Source of the DNA: Deltaproteobacteria bacterium
GTDB lineage: Bacteria > Desulfobacterota > QYQD01
DNA: 53,459 bases
Direction of reading: 5' to 3'
NCBI GenBank assembly: GCA_007280345.1
Contig: QYQD01000190.1
Coordinates: 1 to 53,459, forward strand
Shown here: positions 36,794-45,643 of the stretch, piece by piece
How positions within the stretch are numbered: the first letter of the stretch is position 1
Layout: each line of letters begins with the position of its first letter
Notes under the pieces: generated by a model
What the model saw: only the letters and a program-made list of their open reading frames with translations
What the model was told of the DNA's origin: nothing
The model's database searches: none
Made by a program: the position numbers and the translations under genes

Positions 36794-36845
36794 ATGCCGG
36801 TATGGTGGTCGCTTGTAATGAATGGCGCCGTACCGGCATTTTTTT
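36794..36845 (+). terminator. Terminator-like hairpin after sat
   Basis: 9-bp stem ATGCCGGTA/TACCGGCAT with a large 28-nt loop, followed by TTTTTT. Confidence 0.5.
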
Positions 36846-36917
36846 GGCTTTGATGCACAGGGGGGCAGGCTTTAATTTGCCCCGGAGTCTTGTTTGAAAA
36901 TCCTGGAATAGCCGGCT

Positions 36918-37745
36918 ATGGAGATTAATGACAAAGAGGCTGTAGAGGCCTTGGCCAGGCAATATCTTGGTGAGGATTCTTCGCCAAAGGCATTCCGCTT
37001 TGTTAGCGCTGCCATGGATTTTTTTGCCGTGGACTATAACGATATCCTGGCGCTGGGTGACAGGTATTACTTGATTCGCGGGGTAGAGACGGAGAAGCGT
37101 TTTGGGATCGAGGATGACCCCAAATACTGGGTGAAGAAGGTAGTGGATCTGCGGGACAATTATGCTAAAAAAATTATCAAATTCTGTTTTTTTGAAGAAT
37201 TCGACAGCCACATTGGGGGGATAAAGTTTAAACTTGCGCGAAGCCCTGCCAAGGAAGCCCGCATTCTGAAAAAGGTGGAAGGACACCCGAACTTCATGCA
37301 GGGGCGTACGGTGGAACAGATACGTGGCAATCCTATCAGAGTTCTGGATTTCATTAATGGACCTTCCCTTTACGAACACCTCATGCGCCTGCGTATGGAA
37401 TATGATGAATACTTCTGTCAAACCCTGCCTTCTCTGTTGGACAGGCTCATCGTTTGCTTCCATGCCATGGGTTGGCTGCATGATCAGGATGAAGTACACG
37501 GAGACATCAGGCAGGATCATATCCTCATCGACAAGGCGGACGGCTTGTTTAGGTGGATTGATTTTGACTACAACTACTCGACCAAAGGGTCGCGTTTCGG
37601 TTACGACATGTTCGGTTTGGGAAACATCCTGGCGGCTGTTGTGGGAGGCGGGAGTTGTACCTTGCAGCAGCTGAAGGCTGAGCAGCCTGAAGTTCTGGAC
37701 AGACTCTACATGAAGACACAAATATTGTATGGTCAAACAGGGTAG
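36918..37745 (+). CDS. Protein-kinase-like fold protein (atypical), apparently frameshifted near its 3' end
   Basis: Catalytic-loop-like HGDIRQDHILID and DFG-like WIDFDY. A protein-like continuation (...NRVVNLKKVYPQIPEGLNRVLMHFSAGATVFYETVWELLEDLEEARADL) is open in another frame from 37691 to 37885. Confidence 0.6.
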   Translation: MEINDKEAVEALARQYLGEDSSPKAFRFVSAAMDFFAVDYNDILALGDRYYLIRGVETEKRFGIEDDPKYWVKKVVDLRDNYAKKIIKFCFFEEFDSHIGGIKFKLARSPAKEARILKKVEGHPNFMQGRTVEQIRGNPIRVLDFINGPSLYEHLMRLRMEYDEYFCQTLPSLLDRLIVCFHAMGWLHDQDEVHGDIRQDHILIDKADGLFRWIDFDYNYSTKGSRFGYDMFGLGNILAAVVGGGSCTLQQLKAEQPEVLDRLYMKTQILYGQTG

Positions 37746-37961
37746 TGAATCTGAAAAAAGTATATCCACAGATACCGGAGGGCTTGAACCGGGTTTTGAT
37801 GCATTTTTCGGCGGGCGCCACGGTCTTCTACGAAACGGTCTGGGAACTTCTTGAAGACTTGGAGGAGGCGCGGGCGGACCTGTAGTTTGGTAGTCCCTTA
37901 TCTGTGGCGCGTTGCCGATCTGACAGAGGAACTCAGATAAAAGAAAAAGGGGGGAGATACG

Positions 37962-38426
37962 ATGGGAGAAGTGGACCCGGGAAAGAATATTCTCCTTAGT
38001 ATAGATAATTCCGAGAATTCAAGGCGTGCCATCCGCTATGTGGCTAACATTGTGGGCTCATCGGGGGATTACCGCATAACTATACTGAATATTATTGAAG
38101 ACATGGGTGAGGATTTCTTCCCTTCTGCCGCGGAAAGACAGAACCACATTGAGAAGCAAAAACAAACCTCCGCTGCCTTGTTGGCAGAGGCACGAAATAT
38201 CATGAGAGAACATGCTGTGCCGGAAGAATGCATAAGGACAGAACAAGTAACTGCGCCTAGCGCATATATAGCCGAGTCCATAATCAGACACGCGCAACAC
38301 GAAAACAAGGGTACGGTGGTTGTCGGCAGGCGGGGTATTTCAAAAAAAGAGGAGTTCCTGTTTGGCAGCGTCAGCAGCAAGATTGTTAGCTACGCCAAGG
38401 ACTGTACCGTGTGGGTTGTGGAGTAA
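37962..38426 (+). CDS. Universal stress protein (single UspA domain)
   Basis: NILLSIDNSENS...VVVGRRGISKKEEFLFGSVSSKIV. A GGGGAG RBS is present. Confidence 0.85.
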   Translation: MGEVDPGKNILLSIDNSENSRRAIRYVANIVGSSGDYRITILNIIEDMGEDFFPSAAERQNHIEKQKQTSAALLAEARNIMREHAVPEECIRTEQVTAPSAYIAESIIRHAQHENKGTVVVGRRGISKKEEFLFGSVSSKIVSYAKDCTVWVVE

Positions 38427-39100
38427 CGCATAGTCTTGCCATTATGACACTGTCTGTAAATACAGCCGGCTTCCCCGAACTCTTCTACCGGGAAAGATAC
38501 AGGTCTTTCCCGAAGCTGCAGGGCACACCATGCGGTATCGGTTGTGCTTACAATTGTTGCGATCCTATTATTACTTCAATGATTGTTCCGAGAACTGTGG
38601 CTGAGAAGGACTTGCCCAATACTATAATAACGGCCGGAGATAACCTCCGGAAAGACATAGAAGGCAACCTTAACATACTGATTTTTACGGGTTTTTTCGT
38701 AACTCCTTTTTTCTTCCCGGACTGTCTGGTCAAGGGGCCTGATTTTGGGATCAACAAGAATTTCGACGAGTACATCCAGGTTTACGTCCTGTTCAACTGC
38801 CCGAGGCTTACTCCGGAAGGACTTTGCTCAATATATAACCAGGAGAGGTTTAAGCTCTGCGGGGAATTTAGAGGTTGCCCCGAATATTGCATTAAGGACA
38901 GTACCCCGGAAAGTTCGTTTTTAGTTCTTTCTTTCAACTACTGGCTGATGCGAAGACTGATCGCAGTTTCCATAAGCAAGAGTGCAGAAGAGGCCATTGA
39001 CGAATGGCAACGCAATGAAGCCAAGGGGATCAGGGCGTTCCTGCACTCCAGGGGTGTATGTATCGATGCTTACCTTTCGGAGAGGTCAGACGAGGAATGA
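38411..39100 (+). CDS. YkgJ/UPF0153-like Cys-rich (putative Fe-S or Zn) protein
   Basis: CGIGCAYNCC cluster plus NCPRLTPEGLCSIYNQERFKLCGEF. The likely start is Met at 38444. Confidence 0.55.
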   Translation: MGCGVTHSLAIMTLSVNTAGFPELFYRERYRSFPKLQGTPCGIGCAYNCCDPIITSMIVPRTVAEKDLPNTIITAGDNLRKDIEGNLNILIFTGFFVTPFFFPDCLVKGPDFGINKNFDEYIQVYVLFNCPRLTPEGLCSIYNQERFKLCGEFRGCPEYCIKDSTPESSFLVLSFNYWLMRRLIAVSISKSAEEAIDEWQRNEAKGIRAFLHSRGVCIDAYLSERSDEE

Positions 39101-39234
39101 GTCCACATGTTGTGCCCCATGTGTTTCTAGATACAAGATATAGACAATGGATACATGATGTTACCCTTTGATATTCCAACACTTTTCGTTTGGAAGACTA
39201 CTCCTTAAAAATGAGCAATTATTCATTTTTTCTC

Positions 39235-39263
39235 TTGACATATGGGCGGATGCCATATATAAA
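39235..39263 (+). promoter_or_regulatory. Putative sigma70-type promoter of aprBA
   Basis: TTGACA (39235-39240), 17 nt, then TATAAA (39258-39263). Predicts a ~255-nt leader. Confidence 0.5.
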
Positions 39264-39524
39264 ATGAAGTATGATTCACTAGGTCTTGTTCGGAAGAATT
39301 GAGAGAAAGCGCTCGGCTGTGAGCTTTTTTAGGTGCCCGTCTGACGCTGTGTGCGGAGGTTATGCCCACGGACGGGGCGAGTCTTTAGAGCGATAATCTA
39401 TATCGAGAGGGGGGGGTGATCAGAGAAAAAAGAGAAAAATAAGAATGCATAAGAGGTGAGGTTTGTAGAAACGATAACAAACCTGTCGGTAGTACAACAT
39501 AGATAAAGTGCAGGAGGAAAAATT

Positions 39525-39953
39525 ATGCCAAGTTTTGTAATTCCAGAAAAATGCGACGGTTGCAAGGGCGGTGAAAAGACCGCGTGCATGTATATATGCC
39601 CGAATGACCTGATGGTATTGAATACCGAGGAGATGAAGGCATACAACCAGGAGCCGGATGGCTGCTGGGAATGTTTTTCTTGCGTAAAGATCTGTCCCCA
39701 GGGCGCTATTGAGGTCAGGTCATATTCGGACATTGTGCCTCTGGGCGGCTCTGTGGTTCCCCTGAGAGCTTCCGATTCCATTATGTGGACCATTAAATTC
39801 AGAAATGGGAATCTGAAGCGTTTTAAATTCCCCATTCGGACGACACCTGAAGGTTCTATTAAACCTTTTGAGGGCAAGCCCGAGCCAACGGCAGCCGATC
39901 TCGATAATGAGCTGCTCTTTACGGAAATTGGCAAGACGCTGCCCACCCCGTAA
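39525..39953 (+). CDS. aprB: Adenylylsulfate (APS) reductase beta subunit
   Basis: Two ferredoxin-type clusters (CDGCKGGEKTACMYICP; CWECFSCVKICP) and an AprB-type C-terminal tail. An AGGAGG RBS is present. Confidence 0.95.
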   Translation: MPSFVIPEKCDGCKGGEKTACMYICPNDLMVLNTEEMKAYNQEPDGCWECFSCVKICPQGAIEVRSYSDIVPLGGSVVPLRASDSIMWTIKFRNGNLKRFKFPIRTTPEGSIKPFEGKPEPTAADLDNELLFTEIGKTLPTP

Positions 39954-40002
39954 TTAGGCGTACCATTCAGAACTTTAAACTTTTTGAAGGAGGATATGAG
40001 CT

Positions 40003-41925
40003 ATGGCATTACCAAACAAACCGTTAGGTGAACTCCCCGCAGTAGAAAATCCGGAAATTGCGGAACATGAGTGTGATATACTTATCGTGGGCGGCGGTAT
40101 GGCTGCTTGTGGAACTGCCTACGAGATCAGAAAATGGGCCCCGGATGCAAAGGTCATTCTTGTGGATAAGGCTTCTTTAGAGAGAAGCGGCGCGGTAGCC
40201 CAGGGTCTTTCGGCCATCAACACCTATCTGGGTGAAAACAATCCGGCTGACTACGTAAAGATGGTTAGAAACGACTTGATGGGTATCGTCCGCGAGGACC
40301 TTATCTATGACCTGGGTCGTCACGTGGATGACTCTGTGGATCTTTTTGAGGAATGGGGCCTCCCGATATGGAAACAGAAAGGCGACGAGGGCAAGACCCT
40401 GAAAGAGGGCGGCAAGCCGGTTCGCTCCGGTAAATGGCAGATCATGATCAACGGCGAGTCCTACAAGTGCATCGTGGCTGAGGCCGCCAAGATGGCCTTA
40501 GGTGAACAGAACATCATGGAGAGGATCTTCATCGTAAAGCTGCTCCTGGATGCCAATAAGCCCAACACCATTGCCGGCGCAGTAGGCTTTAGCACCAGGG
40601 AAAACAAGGTTCACGTCTTTAAGTGTAAGACCATGATGGTAGCCTGTGGCGGCGCCGTGAACGTCTTCCGGCCGCGCGCTACCGGTGAAGGTATGGGCCG
40701 GGCTTGGTACCCGGTATGGAATGCCGGTTCCACCTACACTATGTGTGCCGAGGTTGGCGCTGAGCTGACCATGATGGAAAACCGTTTCGTGCCGGCCCGC
40801 TTTAAAGACGGCTATGGTCCGGTGGGCGCCTGGTTCCTTCTCTTCAAGGCCAAGGCTATGAATGCCCTGGGCGAAAATTACATGGCCAGGAATAAAGCCA
40901 TGCTGGAAGAGTATCCGCCCTACGGTCTGGCCAAGGTTCCGGCCACCTGTTTGAGAAACCATCTCATGCTGAAGGAAATGAAAGAAGGCCGCGGCCCGAT
41001 TATCATCGATACGGCTACGGCCTTGGCGGAGCTGGGTAAAAACATGACTCCAAAAGAGATGAAGCATCTCGAGGCCGAGGCCTGGGAAGACTTCCTGGAT
41101 ATGAGCGTGGGACAGGCTGGAATCTGGGCCGGTATGAATATCGAGCCGGAAAAGGTCCCGTCCGAGATTATGCCCACCGAGCCCTACCTCCTCGGTTCGC
41201 ACTCCGGCTGTTGCGGCATCTGGGTAAGCGGCCCGAATGAGGACTGGGTGCCGGCGGATTACAAATGGGGTTATAACCGTATGACTACGGTTAATGGCCT
41301 CTTTACGGCCGGTGACGGCGTCGGCGCTTCCGGCCATAAGTTCTCCTCCGGTTCCCATGCTGAAGGCCGTCAGACAGCCAAAATGATGGCTCGGTATATC
41401 CGCGATAACGCCGGCTTTGCTCCGGCCCTGAAACAGAGCGCCAAGGAGCTGGCCGACGAGGTCTATAAGCCGGTAAAGATCTACAACCAGTTCAAGGGCG
41501 CCAGCACCTCTGCGGACGTCAACCCGAACTATATTAAACCAAGGGGTTTTATGTTTCGTCTGATCAAGACTTCGGACGAATATGCCGCGGGCGCTGCCGC
41601 CCTCTACATGACCAGTGGGCCCATGCTGAAGAGATGTATGGAGCTTTTGGCGTGGCTACGTGAGGACTCTGAGAAATTGGCGGCGGGCGATCTTCATGAG
41701 CTCATGAGGGCCTGGGAACAATATCATCGCCTGGGGACGGTAGAGTCCCATGTTCGCCACATGCTCTTCAGGGAAGAGACCAGATATCCGGGCTTCTTTT
41801 ACCGGTCAGACTTCCCGAAGGTTGACGAAGAGAACTGGAAGTGCTTTGTCAACTCCAAGTACGACCCCGAGAAGAAGGAATGGTCCGTATTTAAGAAGAC
41901 GTGGCACCAGATCATTCCGGAATAA
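40003..41925 (+). CDS. aprA: Adenylylsulfate (APS) reductase alpha subunit (flavoprotein)
   Basis: FAD-binding ILIVGGGMAACGTA, 640 aa, immediately after aprB. Confidence 0.95.
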   Translation: MALPNKPLGELPAVENPEIAEHECDILIVGGGMAACGTAYEIRKWAPDAKVILVDKASLERSGAVAQGLSAINTYLGENNPADYVKMVRNDLMGIVREDLIYDLGRHVDDSVDLFEEWGLPIWKQKGDEGKTLKEGGKPVRSGKWQIMINGESYKCIVAEAAKMALGEQNIMERIFIVKLLLDANKPNTIAGAVGFSTRENKVHVFKCKTMMVACGGAVNVFRPRATGEGMGRAWYPVWNAGSTYTMCAEVGAELTMMENRFVPARFKDGYGPVGAWFLLFKAKAMNALGENYMARNKAMLEEYPPYGLAKVPATCLRNHLMLKEMKEGRGPIIIDTATALAELGKNMTPKEMKHLEAEAWEDFLDMSVGQAGIWAGMNIEPEKVPSEIMPTEPYLLGSHSGCCGIWVSGPNEDWVPADYKWGYNRMTTVNGLFTAGDGVGASGHKFSSGSHAEGRQTAKMMARYIRDNAGFAPALKQSAKELADEVYKPVKIYNQFKGASTSADVNPNYIKPRGFMFRLIKTSDEYAAGAAALYMTSGPMLKRCMELLAWLREDSEKLAAGDLHELMRAWEQYHRLGTVESHVRHMLFREETRYPGFFYRSDFPKVDEENWKCFVNSKYDPEKKEWSVFKKTWHQIIPE

Positions 41926-41977
41926 TCGAGGTCAGAGGGAAGTATTAAGCACGTAACAAAATGATAGACGACCAATG

Positions 41978-42013
41978 CCTCCAGGCGTCGCGAAAGGCGC
42001 CTGGAGGTTTTTT
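41978..42013 (+). terminator. Strong rho-independent hairpin between aprA and qmoA (terminator or attenuator)
   Basis: 10-bp stem CCTCCAGGCG/CGCCTGGAGG followed by TTTTTT. Confidence 0.8.
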
Positions 42014-42054
42014 GGTGTCCTTAGAGCGAGAAAAATCGACCATGGAGGAATAGC

Positions 42055-43323
42055 ATGACATCTGGAACAGGTCCTGTGAGCGGAACCATATTGGTAGTTG
42101 GTGGGGGGATTAGCGGATTGACGGCTGCCCTGGAGGCGGCAGAGGTAGGATATGATGTTATATTAGTTGAGAAGAATCCATACCTTGGCGGCCGGGTAGC
42201 TCAGCTAAATAAATATTTTCCAAAGCTATGTCCTCCAACCTGTGGCTTGGAGATTAACTTTAAAAGAATCAAGACGAACCCCCGTCTTAAGTTTTATACC
42301 CTGGCCGAGGTGGAGAAGGTTTCAGGGAGTCCCGGCAACTACGATGTGTCTGTGAAAATAACCCCTCGATATGTAAATGAGAAATGCGTGGCCTGTAATG
42401 CCTGCGCTGAGGTGTGCCCGGTTACACGCGAAAATGACTTTAACTTCGGTATGGATATGAATAAGGCAGCGTATAAGCCGCATGACATGGCTTTCCCGAT
42501 GCAATATGTTATCGACGGTAAGGTATGCCAGAAGGCAAGTTGCGCCAAGTGCGTTGAGGTTTGTAAATACGATGCTATCGATCTGAAGATGGAACCGAAG
42601 ACCCTGGAACTGAAGGTCGGCAGCATAGTCTGGGCTACGGGTTGGAACCCCTATGATGCTACTAAGATGGATAACCTCGGATTCGGAAAATATAAAAATG
42701 TCATTACCAATATGATGATGGAGAGATTAGCCGCGCCCAATGGACCGACTGCGGGCAAGATTACGCGTCCTTCTGATGGGAAGGAGATACAAAAGATCGC
42801 TTTTGTCCAGTGCGCCGGCTCCAGAGATGAAAACCATCTGCCATATTGTTCATATATTTGCTGTTTGGCCTCATTGAAACAGGCAACTTATGTGGCTGAA
42901 CAGTATCCGGAAGCAAAAATCTCCATATACTACATCGACATTCGAACCCCCGGCCGATATGAGAATTTCTATCGTAAGGTTGCCGCCAATCCCAATATCT
43001 CATTAATTAAAGGTAAGGTGGCGCAAATCGAGGAAGATCCCGCGACGAAGGATGTGACAGTGGTTGCTGAGAATACGGCAACCGGGGCAAAAGTCCGTGA
43101 AAAGGTGGATATGGCTGTCCTGGCCACGGGGATGCAGCCGGTGATGGCCGGGACAAATATCTCTCTTAATGTTCCATTGAACGAGAGCAGCTTTGTTCTG
43201 GCCGATCCACAGCGTGGAATTTCTGCCTGTGGTTGTGCCAAGGAACCCTTGGATGTCGTTTCCTGCGCTGAGACTGCTACCGGAGCAGCGATGAAGGCTA
43301 TTCAAACTTTGGTGAGGAGGTAG
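42055..43323 (+). CDS. qmoA: Quinone-interacting membrane-bound oxidoreductase subunit A (HdrA-like flavoprotein)
   Basis: VVGGGISGLTAALEAAE FAD motif and a CxxCxxCxxxCP cluster. Precedes qmoB and qmoC. Confidence 0.9.
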   Translation: MTSGTGPVSGTILVVGGGISGLTAALEAAEVGYDVILVEKNPYLGGRVAQLNKYFPKLCPPTCGLEINFKRIKTNPRLKFYTLAEVEKVSGSPGNYDVSVKITPRYVNEKCVACNACAEVCPVTRENDFNFGMDMNKAAYKPHDMAFPMQYVIDGKVCQKASCAKCVEVCKYDAIDLKMEPKTLELKVGSIVWATGWNPYDATKMDNLGFGKYKNVITNMMMERLAAPNGPTAGKITRPSDGKEIQKIAFVQCAGSRDENHLPYCSYICCLASLKQATYVAEQYPEAKISIYYIDIRTPGRYENFYRKVAANPNISLIKGKVAQIEEDPATKDVTVVAENTATGAKVREKVDMAVLATGMQPVMAGTNISLNVPLNESSFVLADPQRGISACGCAKEPLDVVSCAETATGAAMKAIQTLVRR

Positions 43324-43327
43324 GTAG

Positions 43328-45631
43328 ATGGAAAAGAAATACGGAGTATACATCTGTACCGGCTGTGATATCGGGAAGTCCCTTGACACAAAGAAACTGT
43401 CTGAGGTAGCGGCAAAGTCTAAGGTTCCGATCTGCAAGACTCATCCTATCATGTGTAGCCCGGAGGGCGTTAACTTAATAAAACAAGATATTGCTGGGGA
43501 AGGCGTCAATACTGTGATCATCGCTGCCTGTTCACCAAGGGTCATGTATGACGTCTTCGATTTTGGGGGGCCGGTACTGGTGGAACGAGTGAACCTGCGG
43601 GAAGGTTTAGTCTGGAGCCACGAGGCAAAAAAAGCAGGAGGCGAAGGAGAAGAGGCGGCTCTTGACCCGGAATTTCAGATGCTGGCCGAGGATTACGTAC
43701 GTATGGGGATTGTAAAGGCCCAAAAAGGTGATCTCCCTGAACCCTATAAACCGGAAGAGGAGATTAATAAGAAAATCCTGGTTATTGGCGGCGGTGTGAC
43801 GGGTATGAGCGCAGCCCTTGATGCGGCTAGTGTCGGCTATGAGGTCACTCTCGTGGAAAAAGAGAAGGAACTGGGCGGGTTTGCGGCTAAGCTCTATAAA
43901 CAGGCGGCCAAAACCTACCCATACACCGATATAGAGACACCGGACATTCAGTCCAAGGTCAGCGCTGTTAGTAGCCATGCGAAAATCGATGTACGCACAG
44001 AGACGGAAGTAGCCCGGATAGCTGGTGCGCCAGGGCTATACCATGTCTCGTTTAAGCCGGCGGGGACCGAAACCGAGTGGGACGTGCCTCCAAAGGCCGC
44101 TGCTCCAGCAGCAGAGGAAGCCAAACCAGCCGAGGGCGGAGAAGCCGCAGAGGCGGGTGGCCGGGTATACAAGGATATCTTGCTCCTGGACGAGAATGCA
44201 GAACGCTACGGCGCGGTAATCCTGGCTACCGGATGGAAGCCCTATGACGCTACCAAGCTGGACTCTCTTGGTTTTGGTAAGTATCCGAACGTAATTACTA
44301 ACGTTATGATGGAAGAGCTGGCCTCAAAAGGATCCCTGGTTAGACCTTCAGACGGTAAGCCGGCAAAGAGCGTGGCCTTTATTCAATGCGCCGGCCAGCG
44401 GGATGAGAAACACCTTCCGTATTGTTCATCTGTGTGCTGTATTACTTCTCTCAAGCAGGCCAAATATGTGCGGGAACAGGGTGAAGACGCAAAAGCGTTT
44501 ATCTTCTACAAGGATATGCGTACCCCGGGCCAGTATGAGAATTTCTATAAGAGCATGCAGCAGGATCCGGGAGTCTTCCTGACCAAGGGAGATGTAGTAT
44601 CCATTACCGAGGATGCCAAGAAAAACCTGACCGTAGAGGTTGATAATACCCTGATTGGAGAAAAGATCACGGTTAACGTGGATATGGTAGTTCTGGCCAC
44701 CGGCATGGTCCCCACGACCCAGGATGAGGCTATTATTAATCTGGCTTACCGCCAAGGCCCGGGCCTGATAGACCTGGAGCTATTCAACGGCTTTGCGGAT
44801 TCCAATTTTATCTGTTTCCCTTATGAGACCAGGCGCACCGGCGTCTATGCGGCCGGCACGGTTCGGCAGCCCATGACTATACCTATGTGTGAAGACGATG
44901 CGGCTGGCGCGGCCCTCAAGGCCATCCAGTGTATAGAATCGGCCTATAGGGGCGTGTCCGTTCACCCGCGCTCCGGGGATATGAGTTATCCGGACTTCTT
45001 CTTCGCAAGATGCACACAGTGTAAGAGATGCACCGAAGAATGTCCGTTTGGGGCACTGGATGACGATGAGAGAGGAACGCCCAAGCCCAATCCCACCAGG
45101 TGCCGGCGTTGTGGTACCTGTATGGGGGCCTGTCCGGAGAGGATTGTCGGCTTCAAGAACTATAACATTGACATGATCGGTTCCATGGTTAAGTCCTTTG
45201 AGGTGCCGGAAGAAGACGGTATATACCGGGTTCTCGCCTTTGTCTGTGAGAATGACGCCTACCCGGCTATGGACATGGCGGCCATGAAGGGTCTTAAGTT
45301 GCCGACAGCCGTAAGGGTTATCCCGATGCGCTGTCTGGGTTCGATGAACACGGTATGGGTTAAGGATGCCATGGCCAGAGGTATTGACGGCATTATCCTT
45401 CTGGGCTGTAAATATGGCGATGATTATCAGTGTCATTTTGCCAAGGGCAGTGAGCTGGCCAACAGGCGTATGGATAACGTGGGCGAGACATTAAAATCTC
45501 TGGCCCTTGAATCAGAACGTGTTAAATTGGTACAAGTGGCCATTGACGAATATGATAAGATACCACAGATTTTCAATGAATTTATGGAGCAGATGGAGGC
45601 CATCGGTCCCAGCCCCATGAAAGGCTTTTAG
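43328..45631 (+). CDS. qmoB: Qmo subunit B (HdrA-like plus MvhD-like C-terminal domain)
   Basis: VIGGGVTGMSAALDAA, ferredoxin clusters (CTQCKRCTEECP; CRRCGTCMGACP) and a C-terminal MvhD-like domain (FVCENDAYPA...LLGCKYGDDYQCHF). Confidence 0.9.
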   Translation: MEKKYGVYICTGCDIGKSLDTKKLSEVAAKSKVPICKTHPIMCSPEGVNLIKQDIAGEGVNTVIIAACSPRVMYDVFDFGGPVLVERVNLREGLVWSHEAKKAGGEGEEAALDPEFQMLAEDYVRMGIVKAQKGDLPEPYKPEEEINKKILVIGGGVTGMSAALDAASVGYEVTLVEKEKELGGFAAKLYKQAAKTYPYTDIETPDIQSKVSAVSSHAKIDVRTETEVARIAGAPGLYHVSFKPAGTETEWDVPPKAAAPAAEEAKPAEGGEAAEAGGRVYKDILLLDENAERYGAVILATGWKPYDATKLDSLGFGKYPNVITNVMMEELASKGSLVRPSDGKPAKSVAFIQCAGQRDEKHLPYCSSVCCITSLKQAKYVREQGEDAKAFIFYKDMRTPGQYENFYKSMQQDPGVFLTKGDVVSITEDAKKNLTVEVDNTLIGEKITVNVDMVVLATGMVPTTQDEAIINLAYRQGPGLIDLELFNGFADSNFICFPYETRRTGVYAAGTVRQPMTIPMCEDDAAGAALKAIQCIESAYRGVSVHPRSGDMSYPDFFFARCTQCKRCTEECPFGALDDDERGTPKPNPTRCRRCGTCMGACPERIVGFKNYNIDMIGSMVKSFEVPEEDGIYRVLAFVCENDAYPAMDMAAMKGLKLPTAVRVIPMRCLGSMNTVWVKDAMARGIDGIILLGCKYGDDYQCHFAKGSELANRRMDNVGETLKSLALESERVKLVQVAIDEYDKIPQIFNEFMEQMEAIGPSPMKGF

Positions 45632-45643
45632 GAGGTATGTGAA

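Noticed and set aside
36792-37769. 325-aa minus-strand ORF opposite the kinase-like gene.
   Set aside because: The plus-strand frame carries recognisable kinase-fold motifs, and its out-of-frame tail ends right before the next RBS. The minus-strand product has no motifs and an odd composition.
40498-45436. Long minus-strand ORFs inside aprA (40498-41358) and qmoB (44780-45436, 43948-44172).
   Set aside because: They are antisense to conserved redox enzymes and are GC-driven open frames.
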